Notes: a model not told the origin generated them from the letters alone. A DNA stretch of 32,000 nucleotides from Ferroglobus placidus DSM 10642 (GCF_000025505.1 NC_013849.1:2130001-2162000), one strand, 5' to 3'. Shown: positions 9,084-18,525, counted from the first letter of the stretch. Translations and numbers: made by a program.

Positions 9084-9930
9084 TTCTCGCTCCCCCTTCT
9101 TCAACAACTACCGTATGCTCCGCTTGAGAAACCAATCCGCCAGAGATTTCAGTCAAAACCGGATAGCTCCTCAAAATCTTTTCTCTGACGAGCTTTGCCA
9201 GAATTATTTCGGGAGCCTTCGTCAACCATCTCTTAGCGAAAGGGAGAGTTTTGTACTTCTCTATCTCTTTTAAAATTTCCCTCTCAATTCTCCCCCTAAC
9301 TGGTTTCTGCTTCAGGAGAGAGTATATCTCAACTTCGCTCCTCTCCGCCACTTTCCCTACTCCGTCGGTTACGAAAGGCTCGATAGCTATCACCGTTCCC
9401 TCTTCGAGCTTCACTCCCTTCTCTATTCCGTAGTTGTATATCGTCGGAGGGGCGTGAGCTACGTAGGGCAAAAATCCGTGTCCGGTCAGATTTATCACCG
9501 GCTTAAATCCGAACTCCTTTACCGTTTCTTCTATAACTCTTCCAATTTCGCTCGTCGAAACTCCAGCCTCTACTACTTCTATCGCCCTCTTCAAAGCCTC
9601 CTCTGCAGCTTTAACGAGGTCTTCGTTGTCTCCTAAATCGATTGTGAAGGCTGTGTCGGCTATGTATCCGTCCACGTGGGCGCCTATGTCTATCTTCACG
9701 AGGTCTCCTTCTTTGAAAGTTCTCTCATCGTTCTTTTTTGGCGTGCAGTGGGCAGCGTCGGAGTTTATCGAAATGTTGCAGGGAAATGCCGGCTCAGCGC
9801 CGAGCTCTCTAATTCTGTTTTCGACGAACTCCGCAACTTCCAAAAGCTTTACGCCCGGCTTAACTTTTTCTTTTACTTCCTCTCTGACTTTCCTCAAAAT
9901 TTCTCCAGCTTTCTCGTGCTTTTCGATCAA
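9073..9930 (-). CDS. map: Type II methionine aminopeptidase
   Basis: M24 fold: FPCNISINSDAAHCTP, VKIDIGAHVDGYIADTAFT, NLTGHGFLPYVAHAPPTIYNYG, EPFVTDG, QAEHTVVV. Confidence 0.93.
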   Translation of the reverse strand: MIEKHEKAGEILRKVREEVKEKVKPGVKLLEVAEFVENRIRELGAEPAFPCNISINSDAAHCTPKKNDERTFKEGDLVKIDIGAHVDGYIADTAFTIDLGDNEDLVKAAEEALKRAIEVVEAGVSTSEIGRVIEETVKEFGFKPVINLTGHGFLPYVAHAPPTIYNYGIEKGVKLEEGTVIAIEPFVTDGVGKVAERSEVEIYSLLKQKPVRGRIEREILKEIEKYKTLPFAKRWLTKAPEIILAKLVREKILRSYPVLTEISGGLVSQAEHTVVVEEGGARIIT

Positions 9931-11030
9931 GGTATCACCTCTACGTAATCGCTAAATTTAGTTAAGACCTCACATCCGTTCTTTTTCACGAGAATCAGAT
10001 CTTCGACTCTAACCCCTCCCACTTTTTCGTAATACAGCCCCGGTTCCACCGTGAACACCATCCCGGATTTTAATTTCTCTTCAGAATTAAATATTTTCGG
10101 CTCTTCGTGCACTTCCAAACCCACTCCATGTCCTGTGGAGTGAATGAATCCCTCCTTAGCCTTCTGCCTTATAGTTTTATAGCCGTAGCTCTCCAAGACG
10201 TCGCAAACTTTATCGTGAATCTCTTTCGCTTCGACTCCTTCCTTAATTATTTTAATAGCTTCGTTCTTCGCCTCTACGCACGCCTTCAGCATTTCTGCTA
10301 TTTCTTCATCTTTCTCGATAATTACCGTCCTCGTAAAGTCTGAATAGTATCCGCTATCTCTGATCTTCGGAAAAATATCGAATATCACGTGCTTCTCTAT
10401 AATTCCCTCTCCCACGAAGTGGGGGTCTGCGCTTCTTTTTCCGGAAGTTATTATCGTATCTTCAGCCAACGCCCCTTTTTCGTAAACGAAAAGCTCTACC
10501 TTTCTCCTCAGCTCTTCAACTCTTCTCTCCTTTTTTACGATTTCGAGGAAGAATTTTAGAGCGTTCAAAGCTATTTCGCTCGCTTTTTTTATCTCTTTTA
10601 TCTCCCAAGACTTTTTAACGCTTCTCAGCTTCGAAAACGGGTTCGAGACTATCTCGATTTCGAAATGCTCTGAGAGTTGCTTGTACAAAAAGCTTGGAAA
10701 TTCCTTCGGCACGAGAATTTTTCTCGCTCTGTGCTCTTTCAAAATTTCAGCGTAAGTTTCCGCAAGAGCCTTTTCAACTCCAAGCTCCTTGACTTTCTCG
10801 TAAAATCCCACGTCAGATAACGAGACTATTTCCTTAACTCTGCTTTCCCTCTCAGCCCTCCTCCTCTCCATTTCGTGGACGACGAGAATTTCTGTGCCGT
10901 CCTCTCCTATTGCGTAAAAGGCTGGATCCGGAAGTTTCATACTCACTGCATAATAAAAATTCGGATCTTTACTGCTCGCATACATGACGAAAAAGTCCGC
11001 TTTATGCTTTTCCAGCAGTTCGTATATCAT
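9927..11030 (-). CDS. pepQ: M24 family Xaa-Pro peptidase
   Basis: IFDIFPKIRDSGYYSDFTRTVI, GFIHSTGHGVGLEVHEEPKI, GMVFTVEPGLYYEKVGGVRVEDLILV; start MIYELLEKHK at 11030; 4-nt overlap with map. Confidence 0.88.
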   Translation of the reverse strand: MIYELLEKHKADFFVMYASSKDPNFYYAVSMKLPDPAFYAIGEDGTEILVVHEMERRRAERESRVKEIVSLSDVGFYEKVKELGVEKALAETYAEILKEHRARKILVPKEFPSFLYKQLSEHFEIEIVSNPFSKLRSVKKSWEIKEIKKASEIALNALKFFLEIVKKERRVEELRRKVELFVYEKGALAEDTIITSGKRSADPHFVGEGIIEKHVIFDIFPKIRDSGYYSDFTRTVIIEKDEEIAEMLKACVEAKNEAIKIIKEGVEAKEIHDKVCDVLESYGYKTIRQKAKEGFIHSTGHGVGLEVHEEPKIFNSEEKLKSGMVFTVEPGLYYEKVGGVRVEDLILVKKNGCEVLTKFSDYVEVIP

Positions 11031-11081
11031 GTGGCAAGAAGGCAAAGAATTTATTTATTGTTTATCGTTAACCTCGAAAAT

Positions 11082-12368
11082 ATGGAAACTCTAATTGAAA
11101 TGACAAGGAATGGCAAACATCCCGAATGGTTGAAGAAAGTTGCGGAATACGAAGGAGTTGATTTAAACTTACTCGTCAAGCTCATCGCTAAAGGAGAAGT
11201 TGTAGTCCCGAGAAACGTTTTGAGAGACGAAGATTTTCAGGCTAAAGCCATAGGAAGGTTCATGTCCACGAAAGTTAACGCGAACGTCGGCACTTCGGCT
11301 GATTACGTTAACGTGGAGGAGGAGGTCGAAAAGGCGAGAGTGGCTGTTAAATACGGAGCAGATGCGGTCATGGATTTGAGCACCGGTGGAGACCTCGATT
11401 ACATAAGGAGAAGGATAATGGAAGCAGTTAACGTTCCTTTCGGCACCGTCCCTATATATCAGGCTGTGAGGGAAAAGAACGTGGAAGATTTGAGCGAGGA
11501 CGACTTCTTCAGAGTTGTCGAAAAGCACGCTAAGGATGGAGTCGACTTCATGACCATTCACGCTGGAGTTAACAAGATGAGTCTGGAGAGGTTGAAGAGG
11601 AGCAAAAGACTGATGGGAATCGTCAGCAGAGGAGGATCGATAATTGCGAAGTGGATTGAAACGACCGGAGAGGAAAATCCATATTACAAAGACTTCGACT
11701 ACCTCCTCGAAATTCTCAAAGAGTACGACGTTACAATAAGTCTTGGAGACGCTTTTCGTCCGGGATGCATAGCTGATGCCAGCGATAGGGCGAAGTTCAC
11801 AGAATTCATAATTCTGGGAGAACTCGTGGAAAAATGCAGGGAAGCCGGAGTTCAGGCTATGGTCGAAGGTCCGGGGCACGTGCCGATAGACGAAATAGAG
11901 ACGAGCGTAAAAGCTATGAAATTCGTGACGAAGAACGCTCCTCTCTACTTGCTCGGACCTCTCGTTACGGATATAGCTGCCGGATACGATCACATAGCCG
12001 CTGCTATAGGTGCGGCAATAGCGGGAATGCACGGAGCTGATTTCATCTGCTACGTCACGCCTTCGGAGCACCTCGCCCTTCCGACAGTTGAAGACGTTAG
12101 GGAGGGAGTTATAGCAGCTAAAATAGCTGCTCACGCAGCGGATTTGGTTAAGGAGGGGCAGAGGGAGAGAGCGAGAAAGAGAGACTACGAGATGAGCGTC
12201 GCAAGGAAAAATCTTGATTGGAGCAGGCAATTCGAGCTGAGCATAGATCCGGAAAAAGCAATGGAAGTGCATTCGAGAAGGAAGTCGAAGGGAGAAGCCT
12301 GCAGCATGTGCGGAGACCTTTGCGCGATAAAAATTTCAAGGGAAGTTCTCGAGAAAGCGAAGGATTAA
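11082..12368 (+). CDS. thiC: Phosphomethylpyrimidine synthase ThiC
   Basis: METLIEMTRNGKHPEWLKKVAEYEGV, NANVGTSAD, VPIYQAV, VTIHAGV, MVEGPGHVPIDEI, CYVTPSEHLALP, C-terminal Fe-S motif CSMCGDLCAI. Confidence 0.95.
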   Translation: METLIEMTRNGKHPEWLKKVAEYEGVDLNLLVKLIAKGEVVVPRNVLRDEDFQAKAIGRFMSTKVNANVGTSADYVNVEEEVEKARVAVKYGADAVMDLSTGGDLDYIRRRIMEAVNVPFGTVPIYQAVREKNVEDLSEDDFFRVVEKHAKDGVDFMTIHAGVNKMSLERLKRSKRLMGIVSRGGSIIAKWIETTGEENPYYKDFDYLLEILKEYDVTISLGDAFRPGCIADASDRAKFTEFIILGELVEKCREAGVQAMVEGPGHVPIDEIETSVKAMKFVTKNAPLYLLGPLVTDIAAGYDHIAAAIGAAIAGMHGADFICYVTPSEHLALPTVEDVREGVIAAKIAAHAADLVKEGQRERARKRDYEMSVARKNLDWSRQFELSIDPEKAMEVHSRRKSKGEACSMCGDLCAIKISREVLEKAKD

Positions 12369-12830
12369 TGAGTAGCATTTTTCGCAAAACCTCACGGGCT
12401 TTAGATCCACCTCGTAAACGGAATTCGAGAACCTCATTACGCAGTGGTTGTTGCAGTGATCAAGTCCGAAGAGGTGACCGAGCTCGTGCATTATCTCCTT
12501 TTCGAGCCTCAAAATTAGGTTTTCCCCAACGAGTCTGAAGTACGAAACTACGGCGGTTCTGAGGAGTGGAATTGCTAAGCCAAAAACGAAGTTTAGCGGA
12601 TTCTCATAGAGGTCGACGGAGGTAACGATGACTTTAAAATATCCGTTTGCGCCCATTCTGACGATTTTGCTTGCGACGTATTGGTCTCTGAAGCTGTCGT
12701 ATGCTCGCTCGATAGGTAAATTTTCCTTCACAATCTCAAAATCCAGAAAAGGATAGATGTTTTCGAGCTTCTCTACAGCTTTCTCAACTATCTTCTCATC
12801 AGCCCTAACGACCGAAATTTTAACTATCAT
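12336..12830 (-). CDS. amzA: Archaemetzincin
   Basis: Metzincin zinc motif HELGHLFGLDHCNNHCVMRFSNS plus FCEKCYSLI. Confidence 0.92.
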   Translation of the reverse strand: MIVKISVVRADEKIVEKAVEKLENIYPFLDFEIVKENLPIERAYDSFRDQYVASKIVRMGANGYFKVIVTSVDLYENPLNFVFGLAIPLLRTAVVSYFRLVGENLILRLEKEIMHELGHLFGLDHCNNHCVMRFSNSVYEVDLKPVRFCEKCYSLILRFLENFP

Positions 12831-12896
12831 TAAGGTATTTTTTTGGAGTGCCCAATAAAGAACTTTTTATTCTGATAGTCCGACAAATAACTATTG

Positions 12897-13241
12897 ATGC
12901 TCGTGGAGAGCTACAGCTTTGGAAGAATTGTTGTAGGCGGAAGAGAGTATAGAAGCGATGTGGTTGTTGGAGACGAAATTATCGTCGAAAACTGGTGGAG
13001 AAAGGAAGGGCACAGGGTTTGCGTAGAAGACCTCGATTGGCTCGATAAAGTTGATGCGGAAGCGGTAATCTTCGGCACGGGAGCCTACGGAAGAGTGAAA
13101 GTTGATGAGGAAGTGGTGAGACTCCTTGAGGAGAAGGGAGTAGAAGTTATTATCGAAGAGAGCTCGAAAGCAGTGGAGAAGTTCAACGAGCTTAAAAAGA
13201 AGGGGAAAAAAGTCGTTTTAGCTATTCACCTAACTTGCTGA
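12897..13241 (+). CDS. Mth938-like (DUF498) domain protein
   Basis: SYSFGRIVVGGREYRSDVVV, WWRKEGHRVCVEDL, AVIFGTGAYGRVKV, LEEKGVEVIIEESSKAVEKFNEL. Confidence 0.82.
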   Translation: MLVESYSFGRIVVGGREYRSDVVVGDEIIVENWWRKEGHRVCVEDLDWLDKVDAEAVIFGTGAYGRVKVDEEVVRLLEEKGVEVIIEESSKAVEKFNELKKKGKKVVLAIHLTC

Positions 13242-13242
13242 G

Positions 13243-14226
13243 ATGAGGGAAGCGAAACTCTACAAAAATTTTGGGGATCACGCGAGATGCTTGGTCTGCT
13301 GGAGGTTGTGCAAGATAAAGGATTACGGGTACTGCAGGACGAGGGTGTACAAAGACGGGAAGCTCTACACCCTAACCTACGGAAACATCTCTGCATGCGA
13401 AAACAGACCTATGGAGATCAAGCCTTTCTTTCACTTCAAACCCGGAGACTACTCGATGACCTTCTCAACCTACTCCTGCAACCTCGACTGTCCTTGGTGC
13501 CAAAACTGGCACCTCTCCAAAACTCCGCCGAGAGAATCTTACGAGTACTTTCCCCCGGAAAAACTCGTGGAGTTAGCTTACAAAAACAGCAACGGCGTTT
13601 GCGCGAGTTTCAACGAACCCACTTTGCTCTTCGAATACCTCCTCGACCTCTTTCCGTTAGCCAAAAGTAAAGGCTTGCACACGACGATGGTTTCCAACGG
13701 CTACATGACTCCGAAAGCTTTGAAAATGCTTAGAGAAGCCGGTTTGGACGGAATGAACATCGATGTGAAGGGAGACGAAGACGTTTACACTCTCATCGGC
13801 GGAAAAGCGAAGTACGTCTGGAGAACGGCTGAGGAAGCAAAAAGGCTCGGCATACACTTGGAAATCGTTAATCTCGTTATTACAGACGTAAACGACAGAG
13901 AAGATGATTTTGAATGGCTCGTCGAGAATCACGTAAAGTACGTGGGAGAAGAAGTTCCTTTACACTTCACAAGGTACTTCCCGGCATACCTCTTCGACAA
14001 ACCTCCTACGAAAATTGAAAAGCTCGAAAAAGCTGCTGAAATTGCGAGGAAAGAGGGAGTGAAATTCGTTTACATCGGCAACGTTCCGGGGCACAGGCTT
14101 GAGAACACATTCTGTCCGAATTGCGGGAAACTTTTGATAAGAAGGTACTCTTACAGGGTTTTGGAAAACAAAATCAAAAACGGTAAATGCTTTAGTTGCG
14201 GCGAAAAGATCTACGGAGTTTTTTAA
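13243..14226 (+). CDS. Radical SAM protein (AmmeMemoRadiSam-type, PflA-like)
   Basis: SCNLDCPWCQN radical SAM cluster motif, N-terminal CLVCWRLCKIKDYGYCRTR, C-terminal CPNCGK...CFSCG zinc ribbon. Confidence 0.9.
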   Translation: MREAKLYKNFGDHARCLVCWRLCKIKDYGYCRTRVYKDGKLYTLTYGNISACENRPMEIKPFFHFKPGDYSMTFSTYSCNLDCPWCQNWHLSKTPPRESYEYFPPEKLVELAYKNSNGVCASFNEPTLLFEYLLDLFPLAKSKGLHTTMVSNGYMTPKALKMLREAGLDGMNIDVKGDEDVYTLIGGKAKYVWRTAEEAKRLGIHLEIVNLVITDVNDREDDFEWLVENHVKYVGEEVPLHFTRYFPAYLFDKPPTKIEKLEKAAEIARKEGVKFVYIGNVPGHRLENTFCPNCGKLLIRRYSYRVLENKIKNGKCFSCGEKIYGVF

Positions 14227-14357
14227 GCGAAGGTGTGAACTTCGACTGGTTTGGAAAAGCAAACTCCGCCGTTGGCTACGTAATATTTGCAGAGCATTTT
14301 CGTGCAGTTTTCTTCCTTTACGAATAATTTTAATTTCTCGCACCAAATTCTTTCCAT
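14223..14357 (-). CDS. 44-aa Cys-containing small protein (hypothetical)
   Basis: Manual translation: MERIWCEKLKLFVREENCTKMLCKYYVANGGVCFSKPVEVHTFA*. Its stop overlaps the end of the convergent radical SAM gene; too short for the ORF track. Confidence 0.4.
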   Translation of the reverse strand: MERIWCEKLKLFVKEENCTKMLCKYYVANGGVCFSKPVEVHTFA

Positions 14358-14422
14358 GACAATTTTTCTTTGACTTTAAAATTTTTAAGTCTTTTTGTTC
14401 GATTAATCATTGGCGTAGTAGC

Positions 14423-14833
14423 ATGATACCAAGGGAGAATTTGATTCCTTGGAGAGAAATCGAGAAGTGGATGTGCGTTCACTGCGGCTACTGCTGCAAA
14501 GAGTACGATGTTCCTCTTTCTTTCGAAGAGGAGGAGAGGCTTAGAATCTTCGGTGACGTTTTCGTAAAAGGAAAACTCGGAGTTTACTTAAAGAAAAATG
14601 AGACGTGCGTTTTCAGAAAAAACGGGAGGTGTGCGATATACGAAATCAGACCGAAAGCTTGCGAAAAATATCCCTTCTTTTTCAGGGAAGAGGGAGAGAG
14701 GGAAGCTGAGTTCGAGTTTCAGGGGAAGAGATTTTTCGTCTACGTCGACAAAAACTGCGGAGGAATTGGAAAGGGGGAAGAAGTTGAAAGAGTAATAGAG
14801 AAAATTCTCAGAAGAATTCTTTTAGTCGTTTAG
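14423..14833 (+). CDS. YkgJ family cysteine cluster protein
   Basis: CVHCGYCCKEYDVPL, CVFRKNGRCAIYEIRPKACEKYPF. Confidence 0.88.
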   Translation: MIPRENLIPWREIEKWMCVHCGYCCKEYDVPLSFEEEERLRIFGDVFVKGKLGVYLKKNETCVFRKNGRCAIYEIRPKACEKYPFFFREEGEREAEFEFQGKRFFVYVDKNCGGIGKGEEVERVIEKILRRILLVV

Positions 14834-15767
14834 CGGTCTCCTCCGGAGCTCTGTTTGTGTAAGCTTCGTCGTAAATCTTCGTTATCGCAAAAACGTCGCA
14901 CCAGTAGTATTTATCGAAGGGTGTTCTCGCCACTATGTCGAAGAGTGTTCCGAAGTAAGGCGTCTTTTTCAAACTTCCGAAGATTCCGAAGTTGAAGGAG
15001 TTGTACTCAGCTGAGTAGAACCTCAAGATCTTTACTATCCCTTCGCAGAGCTCTCTAAGCTCCTCTTCGTTCGCCTCCAAAATTGGCTTGTCGAGGTAAG
15101 CTGAGACGTGGTCGAAACCGCGAGGAGCGAAGGGAACGAACCAGAGCCACCTGCTTTTGCTCAGAACCAGATCTTCCCTCTCAGCCAAAACCTCCCAGAA
15201 CTGCTTTCCGTGATTTTCGTAGAAAGATTTTGCCGAGCTAACTATTCTGCTTTGGTAGTCCATCAGTTCTTCGGAAGCTATTAGCTGAATATGTGGATGA
15301 ACAACGCTGCTTCCGGCTGGCTTTAAGTAGTTCATCGTAATCGTGGCGTAGTCGATTTTTTCAGAAATCTCTTTCAAATATTCTATGGCTAATGTAAAGG
15401 AGTTGTAAAAGTCTTCAGCTCTGAATTCGTGGAGGTTTAAGTAGTGCTCCTTGCAAATTCTTATCACGAGAGAGTATCTTGCGTACGGCGAGATGTTGGC
15501 GAAGAGAATCGAGTCTCCTCTCCTTTTTAGATTTTTGTTGAGAACTTCTACGTCTCTCGCAGCAACTTTTTCAACAATGTCCTCGCAGAAGGGGCACGGC
15601 TTCTTCAAATCCTCTTCAAAGCTTCCTTTTGTAAAAGGCAAGGGCTTTTTCACGATTCTCGAAGGCTTTCCCGTCAGAGGGTCGAAGCGAATTTCCACCT
15701 CGACCTCTTCTTCTCTTCCTTCCATAGGGTTGAAAAGCCTGTATTTTTCGACCTTTTTTCGAAACAT
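14808..15767 (-). CDS. galT: Galactose-1-phosphate uridylyltransferase (HIT superfamily)
   Basis: RFDPLTGKPSRIV, CPFCED, GSSVVHPHIQL, FVPFAPRGFDHVSAYL, FNFGIFG. Confidence 0.88.
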   Translation of the reverse strand: MFRKKVEKYRLFNPMEGREEEVEVEIRFDPLTGKPSRIVKKPLPFTKGSFEEDLKKPCPFCEDIVEKVAARDVEVLNKNLKRRGDSILFANISPYARYSLVIRICKEHYLNLHEFRAEDFYNSFTLAIEYLKEISEKIDYATITMNYLKPAGSSVVHPHIQLIASEELMDYQSRIVSSAKSFYENHGKQFWEVLAEREDLVLSKSRWLWFVPFAPRGFDHVSAYLDKPILEANEEELRELCEGIVKILRFYSAEYNSFNFGIFGSLKKTPYFGTLFDIVARTPFDKYYWCDVFAITKIYDEAYTNRAPEETAKRLKEFF

Positions 15768-15798
15768 GTTCTTCCGTAGGCTTTGAAGAATAAAACTG

Positions 15799-16620
15799 TT
15801 ATCTTCCTCTCTCGACTAAGTAGATTCCCAGAATTGTTAGGAATCCGCCGAAGATCTTTCTTGCTGTAAACTCCTCGGAAAAAACGAAGTAAGACATTAC
15901 AGCGGTAAGGAGAGGAATTAGGTAAACGAAAACCGAAGTTCTGGCAGCTCCTATTTTTTCAACGCAGTAATACCACACAACGTAGCCGACGACGGAGCAT
16001 AAAATGGCTAAGTAAACCACAGATATCCACGTAAGCGTTTTACTCGGAAGCTCAAGAGGAAATATCGAGAAGAAGGGGACGAGAGTAACTATGCCAAAAA
16101 GGAAGGAGTAGAAGACGATTTCGAAGCTCGAATACTTCTCAAAGAGCGGTTTTGCGTAAACAGTGTAGATAGCCCACAGGATTCCGTTTCCTATGACCAT
16201 CAAATCACCGATTAGCGATAAAGCGAAGTCTCTTTTGAAAAGTATGAGGACTATGCCGAGAAAAGACAATACTATCCCCGCCTTTTGCTTTGAAGAAAGT
16301 CTTTCCTTTGACATCGCAGCTATGAAGAGAACCGAGGTGTTTATTAAAATCGAAGCGTTCGTTGGAGTGGTGTAATACAAAGCCGAGAACTGCAGAATGT
16401 ACAGCAAAGATACTCCACTCACGCCGAGAACGACGAATCTGAGCGCATCTTTAAAATCCAACATCTTTTTAACAAAGGGAACAAGAAAAATCGTTGCGAG
16501 AGAGAAGCGGTAGAGCGTTAGGGATGCCGGGTTAATATCGGAGATAGCGAGTTTGATGAAAATAAAGCTGCCTGCCCAGAAAACCATCACTGAAAGAAGT
16601 AAAAAATACAGTAAAATCAT
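15799..16620 (-). CDS. EamA/DMT family transporter
   Basis: Multi-TM protein: SLTLYRFSLATIFLVPF, YYTTPTNASILINTSVLFIA, AARTSVFVYLIPLLTAVMSYFVFSEEFTARKIFGGFLTILGIYL. Confidence 0.87.
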   Translation of the reverse strand: MILLYFLLLSVMVFWAGSFIFIKLAISDINPASLTLYRFSLATIFLVPFVKKMLDFKDALRFVVLGVSGVSLLYILQFSALYYTTPTNASILINTSVLFIAAMSKERLSSKQKAGIVLSFLGIVLILFKRDFALSLIGDLMVIGNGILWAIYTVYAKPLFEKYSSFEIVFYSFLFGIVTLVPFFSIFPLELPSKTLTWISVVYLAILCSVVGYVVWYYCVEKIGAARTSVFVYLIPLLTAVMSYFVFSEEFTARKIFGGFLTILGIYLVERGR

Positions 16621-17255
16621 TAAGCTACAGCTTCTGCTGCTTCGGCAACCTTCTCTTCAACAACTTTCGGCTCTGAAAGCAGCTCGATCTTTCTAATCTC
16701 CACTCTCCTCAGCGGATAAATCTTCTTCGCGTTCTTGTAAATCTCAGCCGGTATTTTTCCGAGAACAGCTTCCTGCAAGAACTGGACGAATTTCTCCTTG
16801 CTTGCGGTGTTCGTGACGATCTCTCTCATTATTTTTCTTATCGCTCTCTTTTGTGAGCTCTGGCATCTCTTGACAGTGAAAGCTACGCTCTTCACTCTCA
16901 GCTTGTATCCGTCGGCAGTTGTAACGTCGACGATGTCCTCTATCTTGCTCGTCCTCCTCCTCGTTAGACTGTTGAGGTAGTCCCTCATCAACTCGAACTC
17001 GTGGAATTTCGTGTAGGCGTTCTCTCCAGCGACCTTGTAAACCTTGAACTTTAGCTTCTTGTAGGGATTCTGATTCGAATAGTCGTTGGTGAGTTCGGCT
17101 AAAGTTATCTCCACAGTCCTTCCTATAACTTTTTCCTCGCTATCAGCTGGAGTGTAGCCTACTTCCGCATATCCAAAATACTCAGGAGCGATTAGAGTGA
17201 ACCACTTCTTTGACGCCCACTTATCCTTAACCCTCGCTCTCCTCTTCCTTGCCAT
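16620..17255 (-). CDS. rps3ae: Archaeal ribosomal protein S3Ae (eS1)
   Basis: KDKWASKKWFTLIAPEYFGYAEVGYTPA, RTVEITLAELTNDYSNQNPYKKLKFKV, RRRTSKIEDIVDVTTADGYKLRVK. Confidence 0.95.
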   Translation of the reverse strand: MARKRRARVKDKWASKKWFTLIAPEYFGYAEVGYTPADSEEKVIGRTVEITLAELTNDYSNQNPYKKLKFKVYKVAGENAYTKFHEFELMRDYLNSLTRRRTSKIEDIVDVTTADGYKLRVKSVAFTVKRCQSSQKRAIRKIMREIVTNTASKEKFVQFLQEAVLGKIPAEIYKNAKKIYPLRRVEIRKIELLSEPKVVEEKVAEAAEAVA

Positions 17256-17297
17256 TTCAACACCTCTCAGGCAAGTTTTTCTCTCAATTAATAAACC

Positions 17298-18095
17298 TTA
17301 TCGTTGACTGAGTTTTCCAGTTCTGTAACCTTCGAGGTCGAGCAGCACAGCCTTAAATCCGAGGGATCTAAGCTTGGGAACTATCTTATCAACTATCTCT
17401 TTGTTTAAAAGCTTTTCAACCTCATCTTCGCCGACTTCTATGACCGCTCTACCGTCTATCTTCCTCACCCTAACCTGCCTAACTCCGGCAACTTCTATTA
17501 TGTGGTTTTCAGCTTCGTCCACCATTTTCAGCGAAACCTCGTCGATTGGTGTGTTGAACGGAATTCTCGAAGATAAACAAGCTACGCTCGGCTTATTCCA
17601 GAACGAGTAACCTTTCATTTTTGCTATTTCTCTAATTTCCTCCTTCGTAAAGCCGAAGATTGCCCAAGGACTGTAAACGTCTTCTAATTCTACTACCGCT
17701 CTGTATCCGGGTCTGTGCCCTTGCAGTTCGCTCGCGTTAGTTCCCTCGAAAACGGCTTCGTATCCTTCTTTTTCGGCGATTTTTTTCAGTGAAGTTAAAA
17801 CCATTCTCTTGCAGAAGTAGCATCTGTCCTCGGTGTTCCTAACGAAGTTCTCATCTTCAAGTTCGTTCAACTCGTGAAATCTGTGTTTCAGATTTAGCTC
17901 TCTCGCTATCCTTTCAGCATCTCTTATCTCCCTCGAAGGTGTTGTGGGGGAGATTATCGTTACAGCGAGAACTTCCGTAAGTTCGTTAGCCAGTCCGGCT
18001 AATGTCGAGCTGTCGACTCCTCCGCTGAATGCTACAACGACGCTTTCAAAATTCGAAATGAACTTTTCAAGTTTTTTGAGCTTTGCTTCGTTCAT
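17298..18095 (-). CDS. larE: ATP-dependent sacrificial sulfur transferase LarE
   Basis: PP-loop VVVAFSGGVDSSTLAGLA, CYFCKRMVLTSLKKIAEKEGYEAVFEGTNASEL, RPGYRAV, KPSVACLSSRIPF; start MNEAKLKKLEKF at 18095. Confidence 0.9.
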   Translation of the reverse strand: MNEAKLKKLEKFISNFESVVVAFSGGVDSSTLAGLANELTEVLAVTIISPTTPSREIRDAERIARELNLKHRFHELNELEDENFVRNTEDRCYFCKRMVLTSLKKIAEKEGYEAVFEGTNASELQGHRPGYRAVVELEDVYSPWAIFGFTKEEIREIAKMKGYSFWNKPSVACLSSRIPFNTPIDEVSLKMVDEAENHIIEVAGVRQVRVRKIDGRAVIEVGEDEVEKLLNKEIVDKIVPKLRSLGFKAVLLDLEGYRTGKLSQR

Positions 18096-18525
18096 ATATT
18101 TGGTATGCGAAGTTTGCAAGGTTTATAAGGTCTTGCCTGTATTCGGAAGAGTAGCCGAGCATGACCAACTTCTCCCCGTTATACGTTATCGGGGTTCCGT
18201 TGGGATAAAGGAAGTGAAACTCAGGAGTGCCCGTTGCCCCGAACTTTTTAGCGAGATCCCTTTCTCTTACGTAGTCCACCTCTACTATCACGAACTTGCT
18301 CAAAGCGAGCTTCAAATCTTCGTATTTTTCGAAGTCCTCTTTGAATATCGTGCAGTAAACGCAGCTTTCAGAGTCAATTATGAGAAGAATTGGCTTGTTT
18401 TCCTTGGCTGCTACTTTCAACCCTTCTTCGTAGCTGTAAAAATTCACGTTTGGAGTTGACTGGAAGCTGAAGAGTAAGAAGGAGGCGCCGACAGCTATTA
18501 GTATTAAAGCAGCTATCGACCTCAC
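18067..18525 (-). CDS. Exported or membrane-anchored thioredoxin-fold protein
   Basis: N-terminal signal/TM MRSIAALILIAVGASFLLF, redox motif ESCVYC, GATGTPEFHFLYPNG. Overlaps larE by 29 nt. Confidence 0.82.
   Translation of the reverse strand: MRSIAALILIAVGASFLLFSFQSTPNVNFYSYEEGLKVAAKENKPILLIIDSESCVYCTIFKEDFEKYEDLKLALSKFVIVEVDYVRERDLAKKFGATGTPEFHFLYPNGTPITYNGEKLVMLGYSSEYRQDLINLANFAYQIYERSKAQKT

Noticed and set aside
11031-11081. Possible TPP riboswitch upstream of thiC
   Set aside because: Only about 50 nt separate the divergent genes, too short for a TPP aptamer, and I could not recognise its conserved elements; the region looks like a plain divergent AT-rich promoter.
11169-12272. 367-aa ORF antisense to thiC
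   Set aside because: Shadow ORF over a strongly conserved ThiC gene; its translation is low-complexity and unlike any family.
13960-14346. 128-aa minus-strand ORF across the end of the radical SAM gene
   Set aside because: Mostly antisense to the conserved radical SAM coding sequence; the short 44-aa frame in the same gap is the better candidate.
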